Below are positions 39,874 to 48,429 of a DNA stretch of 64,000 nucleotides, in pieces. The stretch covers positions 4,624-68,623 of the forward strand of contig JBAZKN010000004.1 of NCBI GenBank assembly GCA_041650755.1, written 5' to 3'. Made by a program: the position numbers and the translations under genes. The DNA comes from Patescibacteria group bacterium. Its GTDB lineage: Bacteria > Patescibacteriota > Patescibacteriia > UBA1558 > GWA2-36-10. The notes beneath the pieces are model-generated. The model did not search any database. It worked only from the letters and a program-made list of their open reading frames with translations, and had not been told where the DNA came from. Within the stretch, counting starts at the first letter, position 1; the number at the start of each line of letters is the position of its first letter.

Positions 39874-41169
39874 TTACTTATTAAATTGCCGAGAAAAATT
39901 TATAATAGCAAAAAATAAAATACATAAGCCCACCCAAGAAGTCCAAAGATAGTGATCAAATAATCCTAAAGCTAAAACACTGATCAATAAACTAAAGCCA
40001 AAAAAATCCGGCTTGATTTTTTTTCTAAAAAATCTCCAAAGCAAAAATACCAAGCTCAAAAAACCAATTAAGCCGATTTCCCCCAGAGCCAGCAGATAAA
40101 TATTATGAATCGGCTGAAAGTCATAAGACATTTTATGCTTTTGCTCTGACTTTGCCCAGGCCACAAAAGTATTGGTGCCCAAACCTTGACCCAAGATCAC
40201 TTCTTTGGGGTTGCGCCAATTGATCTGTTGCCAGGAGCTGATCCTTTGACTGGTAGAAATATCTTCTAAGCGCCCCCTGGACTCGATCCGATTCAGCCAG
40301 GCATTGGGTAAAAAATAATTTATCAACAAAATAGATAAAATCAACAGTACAAAATATTTGATAATGATTTGCCGCCACAAGTTTAGCTTGTTTTTTAGAC
40401 TAAAAATAAAAATCAACAATATAAATACTAGCAAAGCTAGTAAAGCGCCACGAGAAAAGGTCAAAGCTAGCCCGGCAGTTTGCAGAACTAAGGCAATAAT
40501 AACAATGATTAGATGCCACCAGCTTTTTTTCATGAACTCCCTTGACCACTGACTGTTTTCGCCAGCCTGATAAATCTTTTGCCACCAATAAACGCTGGCA
40601 ACAATGCTGACTAGCAAAAATCCGCCCAAAACATTGGGATGAGTAAGCGCTCCATAAGCTCTTAGCCACCTTTGATCGCCAACCTGCACTACTGACGCGC
40701 CCGGATCTTTGGCTAGATGCTCGGCTAATCCCAGCCACTTATCAGCGGATATCTTTTGGCTAAAAAATTGCCCGATAGCCAGGACAGCTTGTCCTGTGCC
40801 GCTAATAAGCCAAGCTAAAGACAAAAAATCCCAGCTAAATTTTTTACTAAGCAGGGCAAAAAGCAAAGCCAGAATCACCAAGCCTAGATAATAAAAACTT
40901 ATTAACGGCCAGCTGGAAAAAATGGAAATCAAGACTAGGTAAAATAAAAAAATATACAACCATTTGTTTTTTGACCAAGCCAATCTTGGTTTTTGACTAA
41001 AAAAATTCACGACTAAGGCAGCTAATAAAATTATCATGCTGCCATAAAAGCTCAAACGGCCATACTCCCAAACCTGACCGCCTAAACTGGCATCAAAAAA
41101 TATCCATCTGGTCTGCCAGGGCAGCGAAACAATAAAAAGAAAAATAAAAATTTTAGCTAATCTATGCAT
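39874..41169 (-). CDS. O-antigen ligase / Wzy_C-like polytopic membrane protein
   Basis: About 12 TM helices. ALTHPNVLGGFLL resembles the Wzy_C H...G.G...F motif. Start taken at MHRLAK (41169) to avoid overlap. Confidence 0.5.
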   Translation of the reverse strand: MHRLAKIFIFLFIVSLPWQTRWIFFDASLGGQVWEYGRLSFYGSMIILLAALVVNFFSQKPRLAWSKNKWLYIFLFYLVLISIFSSWPLISFYYLGLVILALLFALLSKKFSWDFLSLAWLISGTGQAVLAIGQFFSQKISADKWLGLAEHLAKDPGASVVQVGDQRWLRAYGALTHPNVLGGFLLVSIVASVYWWQKIYQAGENSQWSREFMKKSWWHLIIVIIALVLQTAGLALTFSRGALLALLVFILLIFIFSLKNKLNLWRQIIIKYFVLLILSILLINYFLPNAWLNRIESRGRLEDISTSQRISSWQQINWRNPKEVILGQGLGTNTFVAWAKSEQKHKMSYDFQPIHNIYLLALGEIGLIGFLSLVFLLWRFFRKKIKPDFFGFSLLISVLALGLFDHYLWTSWVGLCILFFAIINFSRQFNK

Positions 41170-41177
41170 GGTTTTTT

Positions 41178-42119
41178 TTAAGCAAATAATTGTTTGACTC
41201 TGTCGCGCCACTGATGATAAAAAAAATCTCGCCTATCATTGGCATGAAATTTGAGCATATGTTCGTTGACTATCACCCTGGTATCGACATTGACGATCTG
41301 TTGCAGATTGCGGCCGATAATCGAGGATTGAAATTTACGCTGCAGACCATAAAGGCCGCGGGATAGAAATGGCGGATCAAAAATAAAACCCAAAATTTTG
41401 GACGCTAACCTAGAGCTACGAGTCGCTTTTACCTCATAAACAAATTTGTTGGCATAAGAATTCGGCAAATACTCTTTATACCACTGATTGGCTGCCAAAA
41501 ATTTTGGATAAATATTTTCAGGGTCAAATACCGGCAAAACCTGCTGCACCCAATAGGCTGAATAAATATCGTGCTGGCCAAGTAGGATGGATTGTATATT
41601 GAGATAATCCTCGTCAATAAAAAAACTAAAACAAAAAGTATCTTTCCGCTTTTTATCGGTCTGGCGCAGGCCCAGCAACTGAACAAGCAAAACCGCCCAA
41701 AATCTGGCTAGCCAAATTTTATCCTTACTGGTCACCACAAAAAGATCAATGTCACTATCATTGCGGGCATTGCTATAGGCCAGAGAATTACAGACGGCTA
41801 TCAGCTTGATAAACGGCAGGTAGCGATAAAATTTTACCAACCTCACCACTTTGGCAAACTTTCTTTCCGCCCAATTATTATTTTGCTTGCGCAACAAAAA
41901 AATATTCTCTCTGCCTTTGAGACAATAAAATCCTTCAGTCGCGGATATTTTTTCTTGAAGCCACTGGCCGCTGGATAAACACTCCCTTACTTTGGCTAAA
42001 GTAACCGGGCTGTGCGGCCGATAAAGCCACTTCCAGACTTCTGTGGCCGTCAGCGGATAATCAAAAATATCAAAATAGGCCAAAGTTTTGCTGATGGATT
42101 TTTCCAAGTCAGAAGGCAT
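41178..42119 (-). CDS. Hypothetical protein with a nucleotidyltransferase-fold-like motif
   Basis: NARNDSDIDLFVVT resembles a G[SG]...D.D nucleotidyltransferase (NTase) motif. 313 aa. Confidence 0.4.
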   Translation of the reverse strand: MPSDLEKSISKTLAYFDIFDYPLTATEVWKWLYRPHSPVTLAKVRECLSSGQWLQEKISATEGFYCLKGRENIFLLRKQNNNWAERKFAKVVRLVKFYRYLPFIKLIAVCNSLAYSNARNDSDIDLFVVTSKDKIWLARFWAVLLVQLLGLRQTDKKRKDTFCFSFFIDEDYLNIQSILLGQHDIYSAYWVQQVLPVFDPENIYPKFLAANQWYKEYLPNSYANKFVYEVKATRSSRLASKILGFIFDPPFLSRGLYGLQRKFQSSIIGRNLQQIVNVDTRVIVNEHMLKFHANDRRDFFYHQWRDRVKQLFA

Positions 42120-42152
42120 GCCTTTATATTACTGCCAAAAATAAAATTTTAC

Positions 42153-42184
42153 AAATAAAAAACTCAAGGGGCTACCCCCTTGAG
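42153..42184 (-). terminator. Terminator for 42207..42479
   Basis: CTCAAGGGG-cta-CCCCcTTGAG hairpin with a T-run on the minus strand. Confidence 0.5.
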
Positions 42185-42206
42185 AAGCGCAGTTTCCTGG
42201 GCAAGT

Positions 42207-42479
42207 CTACCTGGCCGTATATAGGCCAAAAAGCAGCACAACGGCTCCAATATATAGTAATGGGTTACGGAGTATTGTTCTCTGATCCCAGTCCCCGAAT
42301 ACAGTGACCACAAAACCAGCGAACAATATGATATAGATTGCCAGATGGGCGCAGCCGCGCGAAAGCCAGGTAATATGGCCGAAGCCCAGACAATATATGG
42401 CCAAAGCCGTCAGCAAATAAGTGATCACCAACGTGCGTTTGGTGAAAAGGTGCCCCACACCATCGTATTTACGCCACAT
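42207..42479 (-). CDS. Small membrane protein (90 aa, 3 TM)
   Basis: GGGAGGG SD. Hydrophobic. Intermediate GC. Confidence 0.5.
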   Translation of the reverse strand: MWRKYDGVGHLFTKRTLVITYLLTALAIYCLGFGHITWLSRGCAHLAIYIILFAGFVVTVFGDWDQRTILRNPLLYIGAVVLLFGLYTAR

Positions 42480-42566
42480 AACTAGCCCTCCCTGTGCCTG
42501 AAACTACTTATCAAAAGACCATGAACAAGCACAGTGTATTAAAAATCAAAAAAATAGTCAATTCAG

Positions 42567-42750
42567 ACAAAAAGAAAAACTCGGCTGCCGAAGCAGACCG
42601 AGCCGGGCGAGTCGCGAACACGGCGGTGACAGAAACAGACGGGGGGGGGGATGGAAGCGAACGCGCTCAAGTGTGAGGTGGATCTCACGATCGTGGTGCA
42701 GATGTAACACCATACGTCGGAGATCAACCTCCGGAGAAGAACTGGTGATA
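42567..42750 (-). ncRNA. Candidate GC-rich small RNA of about 170-180 nt with its own promoter and terminator (may contain a tiny ORF)
   Basis: Minus-strand TTGACG-N16-TATACT promoter (-35 at 42778-42783, -10 at 42756-42761). The terminator is CTCGG-CTGC-uucg-GCAG-CCGAG (a UUCG tetraloop hairpin at 42579-42601) plus a U-run (42567-42578). Contains a G10/C10 tract. Confidence 0.3.
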
Positions 42751-42796
42751 TTTGTAGTATATCATTTACAAATTATCCGTCAAGCAAAACCTGTGG

Positions 42797-42825
42797 ATAA
42801 AAAAAGGCGGCCAAAAGCCGCCAAG
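42797..42825 (-). terminator. Terminator of the twin-peptide operon
   Basis: GGCGGC-TTTT-GGCCGCC hairpin followed by TTTTTTAT on the minus strand. Confidence 0.6.
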
Positions 42826-42853
42826 CAGGGCAAGGAAAGCCGCCGGGCCAGTC

Positions 42854-42937
42854 CTAGACAACAGGGGCTGAGGTAAACAACCCCATACCAACCAGGATGC
42901 CCAGGACAGCGATCAGAAAAAGCAAACGCTTGATCAT
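42854..42937 (-). CDS. Small hydrophobic peptide 2 of the operon (27 aa, MIKRLLFLIAVLGILVGMGLFTSAPVV)
   Basis: AGGGGG SD. A single predicted TM with N-terminal KR. Paralogous to the upstream peptide. Not in the supplied ORF track because of the size cutoff. Confidence 0.45.
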   Translation of the reverse strand: MIKRLLFLIAVLGILVGMGLFTSAPVV

Positions 42938-42960
42938 GCTGGACCCCCTAAAGACAAGGG

Positions 42961-43047
42961 TCAGTTGATGGCCGCAAGGCTGGCCAGCCCCATGCCAACC
43001 AACACCGCCAGCATCAGAATCAGAAACATGACCCTCTTAATATTCAT
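42961..43047 (-). CDS. Small hydrophobic peptide 1 of the operon (28 aa, MNIKRVMFLILMLAVLVGMGLASLAAIN)
   Basis: GGAGGAGG SD 9 nt upstream, with a promoter upstream. A single TM. Confidence 0.45.
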   Translation of the reverse strand: MNIKRVMFLILMLAVLVGMGLASLAAIN

Positions 43048-43103
43048 ACTGGCTAGCCTCCTCCAACGCTGATTGCCCACAGAAACAACGCAAGTACGCA
43101 CTA

Positions 43104-43132
43104 ATTATCTGCTAAAGTATTTATCCTGTCAA
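43104..43132 (-). promoter_or_regulatory. Sigma-70-type promoter of the twin-peptide operon
   Basis: On the minus strand, TTGACA-N17-GATAAT followed by a leader of about 55 nt ending in the GGAGGAGG SD. Confidence 0.45.
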
Positions 43133-43171
43133 ATAAACGCATACTTAGATGCGCCGCCTGCGGCGCAAATC

Positions 43172-46024
43172 TTATTTTTCTCTAGCAAACATCTTCGCTA
43201 GATATTGGCCGGTAAAACTGCGCTTGATTTTAGCCACCTGCCTGGGCGTGCCTTCAGCCACCAGATAGCCTCCCTTGTCCCCGCCTTCTGGACCCAAATC
43301 TATAATCCAATCCGAACTCTTGATGACATCCAGGTTGTGCTCTATTACTAGGACGGTATTACCCTTATCTACCAGGCGATGCAAAACCTCCAGCAGTCTT
43401 TTGACATCATCAAAATGCAAGCCAGTAGTCGGCTCATCTAATATGTATAGTGTCTTACCCGAAGAACGACGAGATAATTCGGTTGCTAGCTTGATGCGCT
43501 GCGCTTCGCCACCAGATAGAGTGGTGGCTGACTGACCAAGCTGGATATAGCCCAAGCCGACATCATATAAAGTTTTTAACTTGTTGTGAATATTGGGGAT
43601 GTTAGCAAAAAAATGCATAGCCTCCTCGACCGTCATCTGCAGAACTTCAGCGATATTTTTCCCCTTATAGTGAATTTCCAGCGCCTCATCATTGTAGCGC
43701 TGGCCATGACATTCTTTACACTCCACATAGACATTGGGTAAAAAATTCATCTCAATCTTTATCACGCCATCGCCCTGGCAAGCTTCACAACGACCGCCTT
43801 TGACATTAAAAGAAAATCTGCCTGCTTGATAGCCGCGAATTTTCGCCTCTGGCACAGCCGCAAACATGTCTCTAATATAAGTAAAGACGCCAGTATAGGT
43901 AGCTGGATTGGAACGCGGCGTGCGGCCGATTGGCGATTGATCGATATCAATCACCTTATCAATATATTCTAAGCCTTTGATTAATTTATGCTTGCCGGGA
44001 TTATCTTTGGAACGATAAAAATGTTTGGTTAGGGCTTTAGCCAAAATCTCGGTCATCAAAGTTGATTTGCCAGAGCCAGAAACACCGGTGATGCTGATAA
44101 ATTTACCCAGTGGGAAATGCACATCAATATCTTTGAGGTTGAATTCGGCTGCACCCAAGACCGACAGAGTTTTGCCATTGCCCGAACGATACTTTTTTGG
44201 TGCCAGTATGTGTTTTGCACCGGACAAATATTGACCGGTCAGGGATTTTTTTACTTTCTTGATGGCCAGAGGAGTGCCTTCGGCTACTACTTCACCGCCA
44301 TGCTTACCGGCGCCCGGGCCAATATCAATCACATGATCGGCCGAAAGTATAGTCTCTTCATCGTGCTCGACCACGATCACTGTATTGCCCAGGTCGCGCA
44401 AATCTTTGAGCGTTTTGATCAGGCGATCATTATCGCGTTGATGTAAGCCGATAGATGGCTCATCCAAAATATACAGGACTCCGGTCAGAGCCGAGCCTAT
44501 TTGGGTAGCCAGTCTGATGCGTTGAGCTTCGCCACCAGATAGGGTACTGGCGTTACGATCAAGCGTCAGATAATCAAGACCGACATTACGCATAAAATTC
44601 AAGCGCTCTTTAATTTCTTTGATAATCTGTTTGGCAATAATCAGCTCTCTATCTGACAAGACTTTGGTCAAATTGTTAAAGAAATCTTGCAGTTCAGTGA
44701 TGTTGCGGGCTGATACTTCGGCGATATTCTGATTGTTGACTTTGATGCTCAAAATTTCCGGCTTCAGTCTTTTGCCTTGGCAAGCTTCACAAGGGTCGAT
44801 GCGCATATAACGCTCAATTTCACCGCGAATATAATCAGAATCAGTTTCTTTGTAGCGACGCTCGAGATTTGGAATCACTCCTTCAAAGGTCGGGCTATAA
44901 TTTCCGGAAAATCTATCCGTAGCAAAATTAAGATTATAGCGAATATCACCCGTGCCGTGCAAAATAATATCTAAATGTTTTTTGCTTAATTTATTGATTG
45001 GCGTACGGGTAGAAAAACCATGCTCTTTAGCGACTGCCTCCAAAATAGCGCTATACCAGCCCTGATTGGCGGCTGTTCTGGACCAGGGGCGGATGGCACC
45101 CTCCGCCAGAGATAATCTTTGGTTTGGTATGACCAGCTCCGGATCGACTGTCAGCTTGGTGCCCAGGCCGGTGCAGACTGGACAAGCGCCATGTGGACTA
45201 TTGAAAGAAAAATTGCGCGCTTCAATCTCCGGAAAACTAATCTCGCTATGATTAGGGCAGGTAAAATGCTCACTAAAATTCTGATCAGTATTATTCTTTG
45301 GCAAGTTAATGGTAATATATCCATTGCCCAAATCCAGAGCAGTCTCCAGTGACTGAGCCAAACGCGACTTGGTCTCCTTGCTTCCGTCACGGCGCAAACG
45401 ATCAACCACCACCTCGATGGTATGTTTTTTATATTTATCTAAATCCAGACCCTCGGCATCTTCTAGCGACATCATGTCGCCATCCAAACGCAAACGTCGG
45501 TAGCCGGCAATTTTGATGCGCTCCAAAATATTGCGATGCTCGCCTTTTTTGTCGCGAATCATGGGTGCCAAAAGCATAAACTCGGTTTCTTGGGGCAACT
45601 GCCAAATTTTATCAACAATCTGAGTCTTGGTCTGCTGCTCTACCGGCAAGCCGCATTTATAACAATAAGGCACGCCGATTTTGGCAAATAGTAAACGCAA
45701 GTAATCATAAATTTCCGTGACAGTGCCGACTGTCGAGCGTGGATTTCTAGAGCTGGAGCGCTGATCAATGGAAATTGCCGGCGACAAGCCATCAATACTC
45801 TCTACGTCCGGCTTATCCATCAAACCCAAAAACTGCCGTGCATAAGATGAGAGCGATTCCACATAGCGTCTTTGCCCTTCAGCATAAATAGTATCAAATG
45901 CTAGAGAAGATTTGCCTGATCCAGACAGGCCGGTAATCACTACCAATTTATCGCGCGGTATCTTCACACTTAAGTTTTTCAAGTTGTGGACGTTGGCGCC
46001 TTTGATAGTGATATATTTGGGCAT
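43172..46024 (-). CDS. uvrA: Excinuclease ABC subunit A
   Basis: 950 aa with two ABC ATPase modules ([20 protein letters not shown]), LSGGE signatures and zinc-finger Cys clusters. Confidence 0.95.
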   Translation of the reverse strand: MPKYITIKGANVHNLKNLSVKIPRDKLVVITGLSGSGKSSLAFDTIYAEGQRRYVESLSSYARQFLGLMDKPDVESIDGLSPAISIDQRSSSRNPRSTVGTVTEIYDYLRLLFAKIGVPYCYKCGLPVEQQTKTQIVDKIWQLPQETEFMLLAPMIRDKKGEHRNILERIKIAGYRRLRLDGDMMSLEDAEGLDLDKYKKHTIEVVVDRLRRDGSKETKSRLAQSLETALDLGNGYITINLPKNNTDQNFSEHFTCPNHSEISFPEIEARNFSFNSPHGACPVCTGLGTKLTVDPELVIPNQRLSLAEGAIRPWSRTAANQGWYSAILEAVAKEHGFSTRTPINKLSKKHLDIILHGTGDIRYNLNFATDRFSGNYSPTFEGVIPNLERRYKETDSDYIRGEIERYMRIDPCEACQGKRLKPEILSIKVNNQNIAEVSARNITELQDFFNNLTKVLSDRELIIAKQIIKEIKERLNFMRNVGLDYLTLDRNASTLSGGEAQRIRLATQIGSALTGVLYILDEPSIGLHQRDNDRLIKTLKDLRDLGNTVIVVEHDEETILSADHVIDIGPGAGKHGGEVVAEGTPLAIKKVKKSLTGQYLSGAKHILAPKKYRSGNGKTLSVLGAAEFNLKDIDVHFPLGKFISITGVSGSGKSTLMTEILAKALTKHFYRSKDNPGKHKLIKGLEYIDKVIDIDQSPIGRTPRSNPATYTGVFTYIRDMFAAVPEAKIRGYQAGRFSFNVKGGRCEACQGDGVIKIEMNFLPNVYVECKECHGQRYNDEALEIHYKGKNIAEVLQMTVEEAMHFFANIPNIHNKLKTLYDVGLGYIQLGQSATTLSGGEAQRIKLATELSRRSSGKTLYILDEPTTGLHFDDVKRLLEVLHRLVDKGNTVLVIEHNLDVIKSSDWIIDLGPEGGDKGGYLVAEGTPRQVAKIKRSFTGQYLAKMFAREK

Positions 46025-46101
46025 GTATTTGTTTTAGAAAATAATTCTAAAAAAGGATAACACAAAAAAACCCGACCGTCAAGAGCTAAGGCAAACTAGG
46101 C

Positions 46102-46137
46102 AAAAATAAAAACCCGAGCCGCTTAAGACAGCTCGGG
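46102..46137 (-). terminator. Terminator for the small GC-rich ORF 46159..46350
   Basis: CCCGAGC-N11-GCTCGGG hairpin with a T-run on the minus strand. Confidence 0.5.
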
Positions 46138-46158
46138 CCTGTTTCCTGCCCTGCCGCG

Positions 46159-46350
46159 CTAGACGCCGGGCAGATGCTGATCAGGGCCACCCGACGAACC
46201 GATATCTGGGAAAATCGGTCCAGGTCGGCGGGAACGAGGCAGTACTTCTGGAGGCGGTTGCCCATCGCTGATTGGAGTAGTAGAACCCGAACAGTCCGGC
46301 TCAATACCGGGGTCTGAGCCAGAACCAGTTGAAAAGCATTTATCTTCCAT
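46159..46350 (-). CDS. Small Gly/Ser/Pro/Asp-rich protein (63 aa) in a GC-rich island
   Basis: AAGGAGAGG SD immediately upstream of MEDKCFSTGSGSDPGIEPDCSGSTTPISDGQPPPEVLPRSRRPGPIFPDIGSSGGPDQHLPGV. Low-complexity, with 2 Cys. Terminator downstream. Confidence 0.4.
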   Translation of the reverse strand: MEDKCFSTGSGSDPGIEPDCSGSTTPISDGQPPPEVLPRSRRPGPIFPDIGSSGGPDQHLPGV

Positions 46351-46472
46351 ATGGCCTCTCCTTGCAGTGCTGGAACGAAACGCTACGAACACAAAACCAC
46401 TATAAAGCTTATATTAAAAAACATAAAAAAGCAAAATTGCTTTAAATCATAAATTTCTGCTATATTTACCGC

Positions 46473-48041
46473 ATGCTAATTAATACCAAAAAAATCCCAA
46501 ATTCTCCGGGCATATATTACTTTTTAAATAAGGCCAATGAGATTATTTATATCGGCAAAGCCAAAAATCTGCGTAGCCGAATTGCTTCCTATTGGCAAAA
46601 AACAACTGAACTGACTGAATACAAACAACAAATGTTGGCAAAAATTGCCCACATTAGATATACCCTGGTAGACAATGAAACCGAGAGCCTGCTACTTGAG
46701 GCCAGCCAAATAAAAAAATATCAACCAAAATATAATATAGTCCTCAAAGATGATAAAAATTGGGGTTATATAGTGGTGACCAATGAAATATTCCCGCGCA
46801 TCATTATCACCCATGGACGGCAAAAAAGACGCGGGCAATATTTCGGCCCCTACACCTCTACTCTGTCAGCTAGAACCATGGTCCGGCTACTGCATCGACT
46901 ATTTTCTCTGTATACCAAAAATAGCGATTTGGTCAAAAAAAATGGGCAAGTATTTTTAAAAGAAAAATTTGGCGGCTTGGATACCAATCAACAATTGATC
47001 AGCCAAACTGAATATCAGAAAACTATTTTAACAGCCAAAAAAATCATCAGCGGCCAAACCAAAGAATTGTCAGCTGCTCTGCGCTCCCAAATACTGGCTG
47101 TCAGCGCCAAACAAAACTATGAATTGGCGCAAATAAAAAAACAGCAGCTCGAGGCTCTGGAAAAAATAGGGCAAAAACAAAAAGTAATTAGCTCGCCGCG
47201 CCTCAACCAAGATGTCCTAGCCCTAGCCCAAACACCGGAACAGGCAGTCATCACGGCCATGCAAATCCGCCGGGGTATTCTGGGTGATAAGCTGAATTTT
47301 TTTATAAAAAATCCCCTGCACTTATCAAGCGAGGAGATTTTGACTGATTTTATCAATCAGTTTTATAGCCAGCGGATAGACATACCCGCTAAAATCATAT
47401 TGCCAGCTAGTATCAGCAGAAAAAATATTATCTTGGCAAAAAAAATAAAACTCTTGGTGCCAAATGGTGGAAAAAATCTAGCCCTCTTAAAACTAGTGCA
47501 AAAAAACGCCCAAGATTATCTAGCAAAAAATATCGGACGCGGGGCCGAACAAAAGCTTCTGGAATTGCAAAAACTCTTGTCAACTAGTCATTACCCGCAA
47601 CGGATCGAAATTTATGATATCTCCAATATTCAAGGGAGTTTTGCTGTCGGCGCTATGGTGGTCTTCACTGCCGGGCAAATAGATGCCGCGCAATATAGAT
47701 TGTTTAAGATAAAAAATACTGCTGGGCCCGATGACCCGCACATGCTGGCCGAAGTTTTATTACGCCGCAGCCGGCACCATGAGTGGCCGGAGCCAGACTT
47801 AATCATCTTGGACGGCGGCAAACCGCAACTGAATACTGTGCTGCAGATATTGCCTCTGACTTGGAAAAATCGGACAATATCCTTAGCCAAAAAGCAAGAG
47901 GAAATATTTTTGCCTGGCAAAAAGTCCCCCCTGACTCTATCCAGCCGCGATCCGCTATCTTTATTCATCCAAAACATGCGCAATCAAGCGCATAAGTTTG
48001 CCATCAAAAATTATCGTAAATTGCACCGAAAAGCCATTTAA
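46473..48041 (+). CDS. uvrC: Excinuclease ABC subunit C (short form)
   Basis: N-terminal GIY-YIG (GIYYFLNKANEIIYIGKAKNLRSRIASY), UvrBC motif region and an RNase H-like endonuclease domain. At 522 aa, the C-terminal HhH appears reduced. Confidence 0.8.
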   Translation: MLINTKKIPNSPGIYYFLNKANEIIYIGKAKNLRSRIASYWQKTTELTEYKQQMLAKIAHIRYTLVDNETESLLLEASQIKKYQPKYNIVLKDDKNWGYIVVTNEIFPRIIITHGRQKRRGQYFGPYTSTLSARTMVRLLHRLFSLYTKNSDLVKKNGQVFLKEKFGGLDTNQQLISQTEYQKTILTAKKIISGQTKELSAALRSQILAVSAKQNYELAQIKKQQLEALEKIGQKQKVISSPRLNQDVLALAQTPEQAVITAMQIRRGILGDKLNFFIKNPLHLSSEEILTDFINQFYSQRIDIPAKIILPASISRKNIILAKKIKLLVPNGGKNLALLKLVQKNAQDYLAKNIGRGAEQKLLELQKLLSTSHYPQRIEIYDISNIQGSFAVGAMVVFTAGQIDAAQYRLFKIKNTAGPDDPHMLAEVLLRRSRHHEWPEPDLIILDGGKPQLNTVLQILPLTWKNRTISLAKKQEEIFLPGKKSPLTLSSRDPLSLFIQNMRNQAHKFAIKNYRKLHRKAI

Positions 48042-48111
48042 ACATTGACTACCTATATTGACAAAAATAAATTTTTGTGATACCATACAAAGGAATTGTT
48101 TAACTTCAACA

Positions 48112-48330
48112 ATGAAAAACATCCTGTATATAGCACAAATCATTCTTTCCATTCTTTTGATTGTGACGATTTTATTGCAACAAAAAGGTTCGAGTTTGGG
48201 TATGACTTTTGGCGGCGACAGCGCTGTCTATCGCACCAAGCGCGGGGCTGAAAAATTTATCTTCCGCCTAACTATAGTTTTGGTCGTTTTATTTTTAGCC
48301 ACGGCGGCTGCTAGCATGTTTGTCAGCTAG
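48112..48330 (+). CDS. secG: Preprotein translocase subunit SecG
   Basis: LLQQKGSSLGMTFGG motif with two TM segments. Start trimmed to MKNILY. Confidence 0.7.
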   Translation: MKNILYIAQIILSILLIVTILLQQKGSSLGMTFGGDSAVYRTKRGAEKFIFRLTIVLVVLFLATAAASMFVS

Positions 48331-48429
48331 TCTGCTAAATTAATATTTAAGCTGAAAAATATAAAACGCTTTCTCGCACAACTTAAGTCCGCTTGGTTTT
48401 CTATTCGACAAAAATGGCAAGGCCTAATT

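Noticed and set aside
42494-42876. Plus-strand ORFs 42494..42676 and 42673..42876 in the GC-rich peptide island
   Set aside because: They have no SD, run across the minus-strand terminators and promoter, and the minus-strand features form a coherent transcription-unit structure instead.
43151-43166. GCGCCG-cctg-CGGCGC hairpin just downstream of the uvrA stop as a uvrA terminator
   Set aside because: The U-run is not adjacent on the uvrA strand, and the hairpin overlaps the -35 region of the peptide-operon promoter. It may be a weak terminator or just a GC-rich junction, so it is not called as a feature.
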